60,285 nt of DNA. It comes from a virus (Duplodnaviria; Caudoviricetes). The position numbers and the translations under genes are program-made. The DNA is taken from IMG/VR virus record IMGVR_UViG_3300020045_004928, positions 1-60,285 of that record. One strand, given 5' to 3'. The notes beneath the pieces were generated by a model. That model did no database searches, was not told where the DNA came from, and worked only from the letters and a program-made list of their open reading frames with translations. This document shows, piece after piece, positions 44,300 through 54,168 of this stretch; position 1 is the stretch's first letter, and each line of letters begins with the position of its first letter.

Positions 44300-45908
44300 G
44301 CCTCCACATTTCGTACTAAATTTCAAAGCGACCATGACCTATTACGCCAATGTCTTATCGGCAGCGGCGAAGGATGGTCCCGAAGCTACACTGGCCGTTA
44401 AGCGCAAACTCGGCTCAACGGATCTGTTTTTCCTGTGCGTCTTTGTCTTAAAGCGGAAGGACATGGCAAGGGCATGGCTCTTTGATCGATGCCGGGAGTT
44501 CCAGCGTGACCCAGACGATCACTTGGATCTATGGGCGCGGGAGCATTACAAGTCTACCGTCATAACCTTTGCCGGGACCATATTCGAATTCATTCAGGAC
44601 GTAGAGGTTACAGCCTGTATCTTTTCACACACGAAAGGGATTGCCAGAGACTTCTTGAACCAGATCAAGATGGAATTGGAAGGTAATCCCGATCTGCACG
44701 AGCTTTGGCCTGATGTTTTCTGGGCAAATCCGAAGTCAGAAGCGCCTACGTGGTCATTAGATGGTGGCCTAGTACTCAATCGAAAGCTAAATCCGAAGGA
44801 GAAAAGCCTTGAAGCGCATGGTCTGGTCGATGGTATGCCGACCGGACGACACTTTGCCCTGATGATTTACGATGATGTCGTGACCATGGACGGCGTTAAT
44901 ACCACTGAACAGATCATCAAGACGACCAGTTCTTTCAGAATGTCGGATAACTTGGGAGCTGTGGGAGGCCGCAAGCGTTACATTGGTACGCGCTATCACA
45001 TGTTCGACACCTACAGGACCATGATTGATGAGAAGATTGCCATTCCTCGCATCCATCCTGCCACCAAGAACGGCAAAGAGTATGGCGAACCTGTCCTGAT
45101 GCCAGCTGATGTCCTGGCTAAAAAGCGCCAGACACAAGGACCGTACATCTTTGCATCCCAAATGCTTCTCAATCCGACAGCTGATGCGTCCATGGGCTTC
45201 AAGATTGAGTGGCTGAGATACGGAGATGTGCCTTTCGCAGCTGCCATGACGAACCTTTGGCGCTTTATTCTGGTCGATCCAGCTGGATCTAAGAAGCGGG
45301 TGAACAACGATTACACGACTATGTGGGTTATCGGCGTGGGAGCTGATGGCGTTTACCGTGTTCTCGACGGCGTGAGAGATCGTTTGAACCTGTCAGGAAG
45401 GCAGAAAGCACTGTTTAAGCTCCATAAGAAATGGAAGCCGGGACTTGTCGCCTATGAAGAATACGGTATGCAAGCCGATATAGAGCATATGAAATCACGG
45501 ATGGAAACGGAAGTTTATGACTTCCACATCGAGCCTTTAGGCGGTTCAATGCCCAAGCCTTTGCGAATCATGCGCATCGTGCCGCACTTCGAGAACGGCT
45601 ATAAGTCGGTCGAAGAAGGTGGGGATGGTATAGCCAAGAGCCGTATCATATTGCCTACCCAGATTATTTATCAAGATTATCAGGGCCATACCCGCGACAT
45701 GGTGAAGGATTTTGTGGACCAAGAATACACAGCCTTCCCTGTTTTGAGCCATGATGATATGCTGGATTGCTTGTCAAGGATCTCCGATCTGGAATCCGCG
45801 AAGCTTATTCAACTGCCAAAAGCCGAACAAGAACCAGAGCAGGGCCAAAAGGTCAAAGACGCTCTAAGTAAACGAATGGGAACGGAAGCCGCATGCCTAA
45901 CTCCTTAA
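44277..45908 (+). CDS. terL: Terminase large subunit
   Basis: REHYKST (Walker A-like), TGRHF..IYDD (Walker B), IGTRY, ILVDPA and HDDMLD nuclease motifs. Confidence 0.9.
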   Translation: MAILRSLEPPHFVLNFKATMTYYANVLSAAAKDGPEATLAVKRKLGSTDLFFLCVFVLKRKDMARAWLFDRCREFQRDPDDHLDLWAREHYKSTVITFAGTIFEFIQDVEVTACIFSHTKGIARDFLNQIKMELEGNPDLHELWPDVFWANPKSEAPTWSLDGGLVLNRKLNPKEKSLEAHGLVDGMPTGRHFALMIYDDVVTMDGVNTTEQIIKTTSSFRMSDNLGAVGGRKRYIGTRYHMFDTYRTMIDEKIAIPRIHPATKNGKEYGEPVLMPADVLAKKRQTQGPYIFASQMLLNPTADASMGFKIEWLRYGDVPFAAAMTNLWRFILVDPAGSKKRVNNDYTTMWVIGVGADGVYRVLDGVRDRLNLSGRQKALFKLHKKWKPGLVAYEEYGMQADIEHMKSRMETEVYDFHIEPLGGSMPKPLRIMRIVPHFENGYKSVEEGGDGIAKSRIILPTQIIYQDYQGHTRDMVKDFVDQEYTAFPVLSHDDMLDCLSRISDLESAKLIQLPKAEQEPEQGQKVKDALSKRMGTEAACLTP

Positions 45909-47857
45909 TTATACCATCGACCCTGCCAAAACAGGATGATGAACTCATTCACAGGCTGTCCCTACGATGGCTCAGAGCGGCAGAACCGCATGCAAAATGG
46001 GCCAAGCTGGCCCGTAAGTGTATTAACTATCTGGAAGGGCAGCAATGGGATGAAGAAACCATGGCCCTCTTACGCAGCCTAAAGCGTACATCTCTCACGA
46101 TTAACAAGATCAACCCACTCTATCGCCTTGTCATGGGCTACCAATCGTCTAACCGTATGGACGTTTCCTTCCTGCCCACCAGTGACGCCATGGCAACGGA
46201 AGATGTAGCCAAGCTTCTTACGAATATCTTCAAATCAGAAAGTAATCGTACAGATCTCAAGTTTATCGATAGTGAGGTTTTCTCAGACGGTATTTCAGGT
46301 GGCCGAGGCTTCTGGGATATGCGCCTTTGCTTCGAAGATAATGATTTTGGTGAGTGGAAGCCGACAGCAGCAGATCCATTCTCAGTGTTTTTGGACCCGG
46401 ACGGCAACACATACGATATCGAAGGCAGCTGTAAGTACGTTCAGGAAAGCGTATGGACCGATCTAGATAGCATCAACTCGACATACGGATCTGATGCAGC
46501 CAAAGCCTGTGAGAATTTATACTCTCCGAACTACACCTCTTCCATGCTGCATTACTTCGGCTCAGAGGACATATCGCCTGAAAGATATTTCGGTTCCTAT
46601 ACCGATGATAAGGCCATGAACAGTTTCGCTGATGTTTATTACAACGATTTCGTTGATAGACAGGCCAAGAGATTACGCCTTTTGGATTCTCAGTACAAAA
46701 TTACAGTCGTCGCGCCTTGCTTTGTCGATCTTGAGACAGGCGATAAGCAGGTTATCCCTGATGAATGGCTGAAACCAGAGAACCAGCACAAGATCCAAGC
46801 CGCTTTAGACTACGGTATGGCGCACAACAACCCGCTCAAGATCGTAAGGCGTCCTGTTACACGCACCAGATGGACTGTTTCATGTGCTGATGTGACGCTA
46901 TTCGATCAATGGTCGCCGTTTGAAACCTATACGAAGGTCGGCTTCTTCCCGTATTTCCGTCGCGGTAAAACCCGTGGAATGATGGAAGATCTTTTAGATC
47001 CACAAGATGAGATCAACAAGAAGCGTTCAGCTCTTACAGATATCCTCAACCGCAACGCTAACTCTGGATGGATTTATGAAGAGAACACACTTGATGCAAC
47101 ACAGGAAGAAAACCTGCGAAAATTTGGTGCCTCTCCCGGTATTAATGTTAAATGGAAACGTACTGCCAAGAATTCCGAAGCTCCTCGTCGTCTGGAGCCA
47201 GGTGGTTATCCGCAAGGCTTGGATCGCCTTGAAGAGAAAAACTCCGAAGATCTAAACGGTATTTCAGGTATCAATGAATCAGCTATGGGCCAGATGGATC
47301 GCGTTGTTTCAGGTCGTGCGCTTGAAGCCCGTCAGCGTCAGGCCGTTCTGTCTATCCAATTGTACTCGGATAACTTCACGCGCTCTAAGAAACTGCAAGG
47401 CCGTAATGCTTTGTCGATCTTCCAACGTCATTACACCGAAGCCCGTATCTTCCGTATCACCAATGAAGATAGCACTATTGCCAAGTACGAGATTAACAAG
47501 AAGGCAGTTATGGGCGATAACGCGGCAAGCCAGATCGTAAATGATATTACAGTCGGGAAATACAGCGTTAATGTCGATGAAGTTCCGATGTCAGCTACGT
47601 TCAAACAGGCTCAGTTCGAAGAAACAATGGAGCTATTGCAGAAACTCGGACCTATCGGCGCAGCTGTGGCTCAAATGAATCCGGGCTTGATCATCGATCA
47701 ATCGTCTATTCCGCGTAAGCAGGAATGGAAACAGGTGCTTCAACAGGCAGCTCAACAGCAACAAGCTATTGCAGCAGCTGGTGGAGGCATGCCACCGGGA
47801 GCAGCTGGAGGTGAACCAGTCGGTCAGCCTGTAACTCCAGAAGGTATGCCGTCGTAG
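45893..47857 (+). CDS. Portal protein (P22-like)
   Basis: GQQW..LTINKI; DPQDEINK; ISGIN..MG..SGRA..RQ.Q. Confidence 0.85.
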   Translation: MPNSLIIPSTLPKQDDELIHRLSLRWLRAAEPHAKWAKLARKCINYLEGQQWDEETMALLRSLKRTSLTINKINPLYRLVMGYQSSNRMDVSFLPTSDAMATEDVAKLLTNIFKSESNRTDLKFIDSEVFSDGISGGRGFWDMRLCFEDNDFGEWKPTAADPFSVFLDPDGNTYDIEGSCKYVQESVWTDLDSINSTYGSDAAKACENLYSPNYTSSMLHYFGSEDISPERYFGSYTDDKAMNSFADVYYNDFVDRQAKRLRLLDSQYKITVVAPCFVDLETGDKQVIPDEWLKPENQHKIQAALDYGMAHNNPLKIVRRPVTRTRWTVSCADVTLFDQWSPFETYTKVGFFPYFRRGKTRGMMEDLLDPQDEINKKRSALTDILNRNANSGWIYEENTLDATQEENLRKFGASPGINVKWKRTAKNSEAPRRLEPGGYPQGLDRLEEKNSEDLNGISGINESAMGQMDRVVSGRALEARQRQAVLSIQLYSDNFTRSKKLQGRNALSIFQRHYTEARIFRITNEDSTIAKYEINKKAVMGDNAASQIVNDITVGKYSVNVDEVPMSATFKQAQFEETMELLQKLGPIGAAVAQMNPGLIIDQSSIPRKQEWKQVLQQAAQQQQAIAAAGGGMPPGAAGGEPVGQPVTPEGMPS

Positions 47858-48082
47858 ATGCAGAGAGTGGCCCGTACCAGAATAGGAAAGATCAAACCGA
47901 AATCAGGTGGGGAAATCCGCGTTCTTCATACGCCAGATGTTTCGAAATGCGTTATAGATTTGAAGTGGGGAAGAGTAACGCTAGAATATTTTGGTGATGA
48001 TGAGCCGAAGAAGATGCAAGCCATGATGGCAAATTACATTCTTGATGCAGCCAAAGATAAACTTATAAACGGTGAAGCATGA
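47858..48082 (+). CDS. Hypothetical protein
   Basis: Abuts the portal stop codon. Confidence 0.45.
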   Translation: MQRVARTRIGKIKPKSGGEIRVLHTPDVSKCVIDLKWGRVTLEYFGDDEPKKMQAMMANYILDAAKDKLINGEA

Positions 48083-48420
48083 AAGTTAAAAAAGTAATAG
48101 AAGGCAGGATGAGAATTTATTGTCCAGGTTGTGAAGAGCATCACGATCTTACAGTAAATCCCGGCTGGTCTTTCAATGAGGATTACGAGAAGCCTACATT
48201 CAGCCCTTCATTGCTTGTGCGCTCCGGTCATTATGTTCCGGGACAAGAAGGTAAGGAGTGCTGGTGTACGTACAAAGAAAGGTTTGGTGAAGAAGCCGAC
48301 TTTGGCTGTTCAATTTGCCATTCATTTATAACAGACGGTCAGATACAATTCCTAAACGATTCAACACACAAGCTTGCTGGCCAGACAGTTCCACTCCCAG
48401 ACCTTCCGGAAAAAGAATGA
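48079..48420 (+). CDS. Cys/His-rich protein (DUF6527-like)
   Basis: CPGC..H, W.FN..PTFSPSLL, CHSFITDG.IQFL.D.TH.LAGQTV.LP. Confidence 0.65.
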   Translation: MKVKKVIEGRMRIYCPGCEEHHDLTVNPGWSFNEDYEKPTFSPSLLVRSGHYVPGQEGKECWCTYKERFGEEADFGCSICHSFITDGQIQFLNDSTHKLAGQTVPLPDLPEKE

Positions 48421-48653
48421 GCAATCGCATGAGCATTTCATACAAATCACTGGTCGAGCCTACAGGTTATTCGCCTTTCGAGTGTCAGGTTCAGAAAATG
48501 ATAGGCGATCTTGTTGATCCAACCACGGCACAGGAAATATCGAAGCGCGTCAGTGGCCTTATCATCGGTTCATTCCCAAATCCAACCAAGCAAGTTTCCG
48601 CATCAATGCTATTAGCCAACGAGGTTATCAATGTCCAAGCCACTAAAAAGTAA
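48417..48653 (+). CDS. Hypothetical protein
   Basis: ATGA coupling. Confidence 0.4.
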   Translation: MSNRMSISYKSLVEPTGYSPFECQVQKMIGDLVDPTTAQEISKRVSGLIIGSFPNPTKQVSASMLLANEVINVQATKK

Positions 48654-49197
48654 TATCTGGGATAGCCCAATTCTCAAGCAGCGTTTCGCAATCGAAGGCG
48701 CTTTTGAAGGCGCAAATGGCTTTCCGAATAAGGCCAATTACTATTTCCTTGTACCGACGCCTGAATCTCCGCGCTCTCAAGCAGCTATTATCCTGCAAAA
48801 CTACATCGAGAATGGCTATGATGTATCGCCTCACGAATTGCAGATTGGCTTTGCCGATGAGCTTCGGTACCAATTGCAGAAGGAAGTCGGGCATGATGGC
48901 TATTGGATTGTTGGCTGGACGCACCCGCCTGTGGCTTCCCCGGTCCTGATCGATCACGATACCGTATGGGGCAGACTTGTAATTATCTGGCTCGATGAAG
49001 ATGCAGACCCGAAGATTTCCATGGACTTTGAACGTCCCTTTGCGGATCTTATCGGTGACGGTGGGCGTTATTTCATTCAGCAAGCAGAGAAAGCCTATGA
49101 GATCTGGGCAGCTGAGTACGGCAAGAAGAACATCAAGAAGGACATGGGCCTTTCAGACGACCAGATTACCAAGCCAGTTCAATCATCCCTTCATTAA
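48631..49197 (+). CDS. Hypothetical protein
   Basis: RBS gaggt; 188 aa. Confidence 0.6.
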   Translation: MSKPLKSNIWDSPILKQRFAIEGAFEGANGFPNKANYYFLVPTPESPRSQAAIILQNYIENGYDVSPHELQIGFADELRYQLQKEVGHDGYWIVGWTHPPVASPVLIDHDTVWGRLVIIWLDEDADPKISMDFERPFADLIGDGGRYFIQQAEKAYEIWAAEYGKKNIKKDMGLSDDQITKPVQSSLH

Positions 49198-49205
49198 GGA
49201 TTTCC

Positions 49206-49355
49206 ATGGACCGCAAACTTCAATGGGCAATCGCTAAGATACTGGACTTTCTCAAGCCCGACTTCTACGGCACCATAACCCTGACCTTTCAAGGCGGGGT
49301 TTTGCAGTCGATGAAGAAGGAGGAGACTTTCAAGGTTGTTGACTTGGATGGATAG
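49206..49355 (+). CDS. DUF2292/YezD-like small protein (49 aa, not in ORF track)
   Basis: RBS taagga; MDRKLQWAIAKILDFLKPDFYGTITLTFQGGVLQSMKKEETFKVVDLDG. Confidence 0.55.
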   Translation: MDRKLQWAIAKILDFLKPDFYGTITLTFQGGVLQSMKKEETFKVVDLDG

Positions 49356-49430
49356 GCCAGTGTAGAATCACCCTCATTGGTATCGGAACAACCGAGCCGC
49401 TAACTCCTCACGGAGCTGGCGGCTTTTTTT
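49339..49430 (+). promoter_or_regulatory. Promoter followed by hairpin and intrinsic terminator (attenuator) upstream of head genes
   Basis: TTGACT-18-TAGAAT; TCGG-AACAA-CCGA; AGCCGC..GCGGCT plus T run. Confidence 0.55.
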
Positions 49431-49445
49431 GTGCCTTTTTCCAAG

Positions 49446-49518
49446 CTGCCGCCGAGCTTACGGGCGTTCTTCGCTCCCTGTGGCGTTAAACAGGGAACCT
49501 GCCGCCGAGGTTCGGGCG
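49446..49518 (+). repeat. Repeated leader motifs before the scaffold gene
   Basis: CTGCCGCCGAG..CGGGCG at 49446 and 49499, flanking TCCCTGT-GGCGTTAA-ACAGGGA. Confidence 0.6.
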
Positions 49519-49550
49519 CTACCGCAAGTCAAGCGAAAAAGGGACATACT

Positions 49551-50612
49551 ATGGCTGATAATGTTGATACGACCGATACGGTCGAGGATTTAGTATCTGA
49601 TTTTGGACCTAACCCAGATAACGACCCGATGCTACGGGAAGCTATCGAAGCTGAGAAAGAAATCGCAGGAGGCACTACCGATACGCCAGCAGCAGAAGGG
49701 GAAAACCCAGAAGCAGCCACGGCAGAAGGTGGCGCAAGTTCCAAAGCTCCGGCCAAAGAACCTCCGATTATGATACCAAAAGCCCGACTTGATGAAGTCG
49801 TAGCCAAGTTGAACCGCGCACAGAGTCATAACGATTACCTTCAAGGTGTTGTGACGACTCAAAAGGAAATGATCAAGGCTCCGGCTGGAAATCAATCCCC
49901 AAGCAACGGCCAGACTGGTCCCGCAACAACTGAAACCGCTCCCACGGATTACGATACCCTGATTTCCAATGCTGAGACTGAGAAATTAGCCTTGGCGCAA
50001 AAGTACGAAGATGGCGAGATAACTCTCGTTGAGCTGCGTAAACAGGAAATCTCTATCGACCGCAATATTCGTAAGCTTGATACAGACAGGCTTAATGAAA
50101 TATCCGAAGGAGCCAAAGCTGCCGCTGTTGAGACTGTTAGTGCGAACAACGTAGGACAGGTAATCAATTCGGAAGCTCTGAAAGTTCAGGAATTGCATCC
50201 GTATGTAGCTGAGATCGATAAACTGCCAGAGGCTATCGCAAAAGGTATCTGGCAAGCTATCGCAGATGAAGCGTTTTTGAATCTTACTCAGAAGGGTATC
50301 AATCCCAATGATGGTTCAGTCACTTCAAGGGTTGCATACATCAAGGAAAAGGCCGCTCTGACTGATAAGTACGGACCTCAATATACTGGTAAAACACTCA
50401 GCCAGCCGAAACCGACGCTATCCCTACAAGCTCAACAACGTGAGGCGAAGCTCGATTTGGCACAAACTCAACCACCTGCGGTTACGGGCGCGACGGGAGA
50501 GAGAGCTGAGATTACCGAAGCTGACTTAATGAAAATGTCAGACGATCAAGTCGCAGACCTCATCGAAAAAAATCCCAATCTAGCCAATAAACTCGCAGGT
50601 TCCCTCAAATAG
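49551..50612 (+). CDS. Capsid scaffolding protein
   Basis: Acidic N-terminus, IPKARLDEV motif, coiled coil; precedes the major capsid gene. Confidence 0.75.
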   Translation: MADNVDTTDTVEDLVSDFGPNPDNDPMLREAIEAEKEIAGGTTDTPAAEGENPEAATAEGGASSKAPAKEPPIMIPKARLDEVVAKLNRAQSHNDYLQGVVTTQKEMIKAPAGNQSPSNGQTGPATTETAPTDYDTLISNAETEKLALAQKYEDGEITLVELRKQEISIDRNIRKLDTDRLNEISEGAKAAAVETVSANNVGQVINSEALKVQELHPYVAEIDKLPEAIAKGIWQAIADEAFLNLTQKGINPNDGSVTSRVAYIKEKAALTDKYGPQYTGKTLSQPKPTLSLQAQQREAKLDLAQTQPPAVTGATGERAEITEADLMKMSDDQVADLIEKNPNLANKLAGSLK

Positions 50613-50675
50613 GGAACAGGCAGGGCTTGTCATGGTGACACTCCCGTTTGTTCTCACAAACCTGGAGAAAAACTC

Positions 50676-51776
50676 ATGCAAACTGATTTCGGTGCATTAA
50701 CAGCCGCGCAAAAGAAAGTTTGGTCCGGTAAACTGTGGAAGCAGTTCCGCGACGAATCTTTCTGGCAATCTAACGGTTTCGTCGGAACCGATCTAAACCA
50801 CCCAATCCAACGTGTTGACGAACTCACCAAGACATCTCGTGGTCTTGAGTGCGTTATGCAGCTCGTAAACGATCTCGAAAACGATGGTATCGTTGGTGAC
50901 AACGACATCAACGGCAACGAAGAGCAAATGGTCAACGATGCGCAAGTAATCGTGATCGATAACATTGCCAACGCTGTGAAATCCAAAGGTCAAATGGCTG
51001 AACAGGCGACGGTTATCCGTTTCCGTGAGCAAGCCAAAGACAAATTGGGCTTCTGGCTTCCTGACAAGATCGATGAACTGATGTTCTTGACAGCTGCTGG
51101 TCGTGCTTACACCAACAAAACTGACCTTTCCACTCGCTCTGCTGGTTCTCAGCTTCCTTCTCTTGCCTTTGCTGCCAGTGTTTCTGCACCATCAGCAAAC
51201 CGCGTGAAGTTCGCTGGATCTGCAACATCAGAAGCTACACTTACAGCTTCCGATAAAATGACATGGAACGGTCTGGTTGGGATTAAAGCCTTCGCTCGTC
51301 GTCAAGGTATTCGCCCAATCCGTCAAGGTGGCCGCGAATACTACGCTATTGTGATGTCGCCTGAACAGCGTCGTGATCTCGTTACAGATCCTAACTATCA
51401 AAACATTGTCAGAGCTGGTGCTGAACGCGGTGGCGATAACCCACTGTTCAAAAACGCTTTGGTAACTGTCGATGGCCTGATCCTGTACGAACACAGAAAA
51501 GTCATTAACACTGGCGGTCTTGCTGCTGCTTCCAAATGGGGTTCAGGCGGTACTGTAGACGGCGCTCAAGCTACATTGCTTGGCGCTTGTGCTATGGGCT
51601 TCACGACCCTTGGTGGTGGCGAATGGCTAGAAGGCGATCAAAACGATTACGGTCGCAAACCAGCTGTCGGTTATCAGCAAATGCTTGGATTGCTAAAACC
51701 AAAATTCAAAGTCAGCAAATCTGGTGCTGCCGAGGATTATGGCGTTCTGCAATACAAAACAGCCGCTGCGTTCTAA
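50676..51776 (+). CDS. Major capsid protein (N4-gp56/DUF4043-like)
   Basis: TDFG..KVWS; IQR..ELTK..G; GIVGD..GNEE; G.LKP.F; DYGV. Confidence 0.85.
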   Translation: MQTDFGALTAAQKKVWSGKLWKQFRDESFWQSNGFVGTDLNHPIQRVDELTKTSRGLECVMQLVNDLENDGIVGDNDINGNEEQMVNDAQVIVIDNIANAVKSKGQMAEQATVIRFREQAKDKLGFWLPDKIDELMFLTAAGRAYTNKTDLSTRSAGSQLPSLAFAASVSAPSANRVKFAGSATSEATLTASDKMTWNGLVGIKAFARRQGIRPIRQGGREYYAIVMSPEQRRDLVTDPNYQNIVRAGAERGGDNPLFKNALVTVDGLILYEHRKVINTGGLAAASKWGSGGTVDGAQATLLGACAMGFTTLGGGEWLEGDQNDYGRKPAVGYQQMLGLLKPKFKVSKSGAAEDYGVLQYKTAAAF

Positions 51777-51784
51777 CCAGTAAC

Positions 51785-51812
51785 AGAGAGCCGGGGCAAC
51801 TCGGCTCTCTTC
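51785..51812 (+). terminator. GC hairpin after the capsid gene
   Basis: AGAGAGCCGGG-GCAA-CTCGGCTCTCT. Confidence 0.6.
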
Positions 51813-51854
51813 TGGTGAATTAAATTCAACAATTTTTCTCAAGGAGAAAAGACT

Positions 51855-52592
51855 ATGAAACACTACCACCTTCAACTTACAGCCGCAGCTAACGGTATTG
51901 CCGTTTCTGCGACTGGTGGCGTTTGCTATGTTGCTCAATCTGGTAGCCCTAAAAAAGCCGCCATCTACACTAAAACCGCTACTGGAGATTTTATTGCTGC
52001 CTCTAACCCTGTTGCTTTGGTTAATGGTGCAATTGATTTCTACACTCTTGACACTGTTCAAAAAGTCGATCTGTACGGCCAAGCCCCTTCTGGAGTTGGC
52101 TTCATCAAGAAGGGAGTATTCCCATCTGGTGACGCTTCCCTTCCTATAGCGGCTGCCGGAATTGGCGCATCGGTTGTTGTCATTCCATTCTCATTTGCAG
52201 ATGGTGTTGCCGCTACCGAAATCCAGACAGGCTTCCGGGTTCCTACCCTTGGCGCTGTTATGCCTATGCCTCTTGTTGAAGTGACGGCGGCAGACGCAGG
52301 TATCACGCTTGAAGTTGGAACTTTATCTTCTGATGCTGGTGATGCTGATGGCTTTGTCGATGTGCTTTCAGTAGCCACAACTGGTCTGAAAAAAGCATCT
52401 TTGGCTAACGGCGCTACCACAATGGGCGTATTGCTATTCGTCCAGGACTCTGCCAATGCCGGTGATAAAGCCCCTGAATGTGATGTTACAATGCAAGGTA
52501 AGCAAATCACTTACACATTGCTAACTGGCGCAGATACAGCAGAAGGCTTCATTCGCCTTCCTGTATTGCCAGCGGTCGGCACACTCGCTTAA
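51855..52592 (+). CDS. Capsid decoration or minor virion protein
   Basis: RBS aaggag; position after capsid; TLEVG..DADGF. Confidence 0.55.
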   Translation: MKHYHLQLTAAANGIAVSATGGVCYVAQSGSPKKAAIYTKTATGDFIAASNPVALVNGAIDFYTLDTVQKVDLYGQAPSGVGFIKKGVFPSGDASLPIAAAGIGASVVVIPFSFADGVAATEIQTGFRVPTLGAVMPMPLVEVTAADAGITLEVGTLSSDAGDADGFVDVLSVATTGLKKASLANGATTMGVLLFVQDSANAGDKAPECDVTMQGKQITYTLLTGADTAEGFIRLPVLPAVGTLA

Positions 52593-52668
52593 TCTAGTCT
52601 CCTAAATGAAGTACCCCGGAGCGGAATAACCTGCTCCGGGCAACTAGATTAAAGAAGGAATATCCCAG

Positions 52669-53406
52669 ATGGATAATCAAGAATTTCTGATTGTAGAAGA
52701 TACAAGCTGCACAGATACAAGCGGAGATCGCATACACACGATCATCCACAACGGCGAAGAAAAGCCGATCACTTTCAAGTACGGCGAAACAGTAACCCTG
52801 CCTCGCGATATCGCTATGAAGTTCCACAAAGACGGCTTCAAGATTAAAGACATCTCCGGTGACAATGAAATCGCGCTGCCTAAAGCAGTCGATAACGTAA
52901 TCCTCGGACCTGATCAAGTTATCGCGGTCTATGACGAGCTGACAGTAGAAGCTCTTCAAATCCGCGCAGCTTCACAAACGCATGGCGAAGATTATCTGGA
53001 CAGTACTGATCGTCACTTGCTGACATCATTCCTGAAAGGCGAGATCACTCGTACTGTTGATGATGAAGAAGAGCTGATCGACGGTGACGACGACGAAGAT
53101 ACAGACTTCGACATCAATGCTATCGATGAAGATAACAAAATCCCGGCAGCTCCAGTTCCAGAAGTTCCTGCAACTGAGCCAGAAGCAGAAGTCAAAACCG
53201 AACTGACAGAAGAAGAAAAAGCGGATATCACCAAATCCCGTTTTGACGCTGTTGTCACAAAGTTTGGCGCTGATGATTTCAGTATCGAAACCGATAGTGA
53301 TGTTATCACTCTGACAAAAGAAGGCGCTCTGCTTGCCTCCGGCACTCTCGATGAGCTGGAAGTAGCGGAATTGCCAGCAGCTACGGAAGAAAGCAAAGGA
53401 GAATAA
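52669..53406 (+). CDS. Acidic hypothetical head-region protein
   Basis: RBS gaagga. Confidence 0.6.
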   Translation: MDNQEFLIVEDTSCTDTSGDRIHTIIHNGEEKPITFKYGETVTLPRDIAMKFHKDGFKIKDISGDNEIALPKAVDNVILGPDQVIAVYDELTVEALQIRAASQTHGEDYLDSTDRHLLTSFLKGEITRTVDDEEELIDGDDDEDTDFDINAIDEDNKIPAAPVPEVPATEPEAEVKTELTEEEKADITKSRFDAVVTKFGADDFSIETDSDVITLTKEGALLASGTLDELEVAELPAATEESKGE

Positions 53407-53409
53407 TCT

Positions 53410-54168
53410 TTGCCTAACTTCCAAAGTGCAAAACAAATATCGGAGAACGCGCTGACACAAATCGGCGCGTTCCCTGCTTCTATGTCGCAAGCTGATGAAG
53501 GTGAGCTGAAACGCACACTTAAATGGCTTGAGATGCTACTCAATCTGCAAACAGGCGTAAGGCCTATGGCAGGTTTCTTTCGTGTTATCGAGATCCCGTT
53601 GGAAGCCAACGTGGGCGATTACAGCCTGGGCGATTATGCCGATCAAGGCGAAACTCAGCACGTATTCAGCGTTTCACTGGTCAATCATACTGGTGATGTC
53701 AACCCGCTCGATCTCTTATGGGAGAGTGATGCGGTAAATGAGAACCTATCGCAGACTGGTGGCCCTTCCCGCGTCATGGTTTCCAAGGATGCGGTACCAA
53801 CTTTAAGCGTTTACCCAATGCCTGTTCAATCCAATCAGGATGCAGGTCAGGTTTTGCGCGTCAGAATCCAAACTTATCATCCCTCCATCGATGGCAACGG
53901 TACCGGGAACGAAGAGCTTTTCATCCGTCCATCGTGGTACCTGTGGCTTACAAAGCGTTTGGCCTATGAGATTGGCTGTGGCCCTGTTCGTCGCCTCGCA
54001 GAAGGCGAATTGAAGCGTTTACAGGACGATGCAGCTGATATCGAAGGCCTACTTGAGGCGCGTGACGGCCAATTTCAATCACCGCAACCACCGACAACAG
54101 ATCCTATGGTCGGCTGGGACAGCTCAAACAACTGTGGCCGTTACAACGGAGGATATAGACCCCGATGA
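53410..54168 (+). CDS. Head-tail adaptor (P22 gp4-like / tail tubular A)
   Basis: TTG start; A..ISENAL..IG; GPSR..L.VYP.P; L...LAYEI. Confidence 0.6.
   Translation: MPNFQSAKQISENALTQIGAFPASMSQADEGELKRTLKWLEMLLNLQTGVRPMAGFFRVIEIPLEANVGDYSLGDYADQGETQHVFSVSLVNHTGDVNPLDLLWESDAVNENLSQTGGPSRVMVSKDAVPTLSVYPMPVQSNQDAGQVLRVRIQTYHPSIDGNGTGNEELFIRPSWYLWLTKRLAYEIGCGPVRRLAEGELKRLQDDAADIEGLLEARDGQFQSPQPPTTDPMVGWDSSNNCGRYNGGYRPR

Noticed and set aside
49431-49550. N-terminal extension of the scaffold protein
   Set aside because: The GTG start lies right after a terminator and crosses RNA motifs; ATG 49551 has the RBS-like sequence
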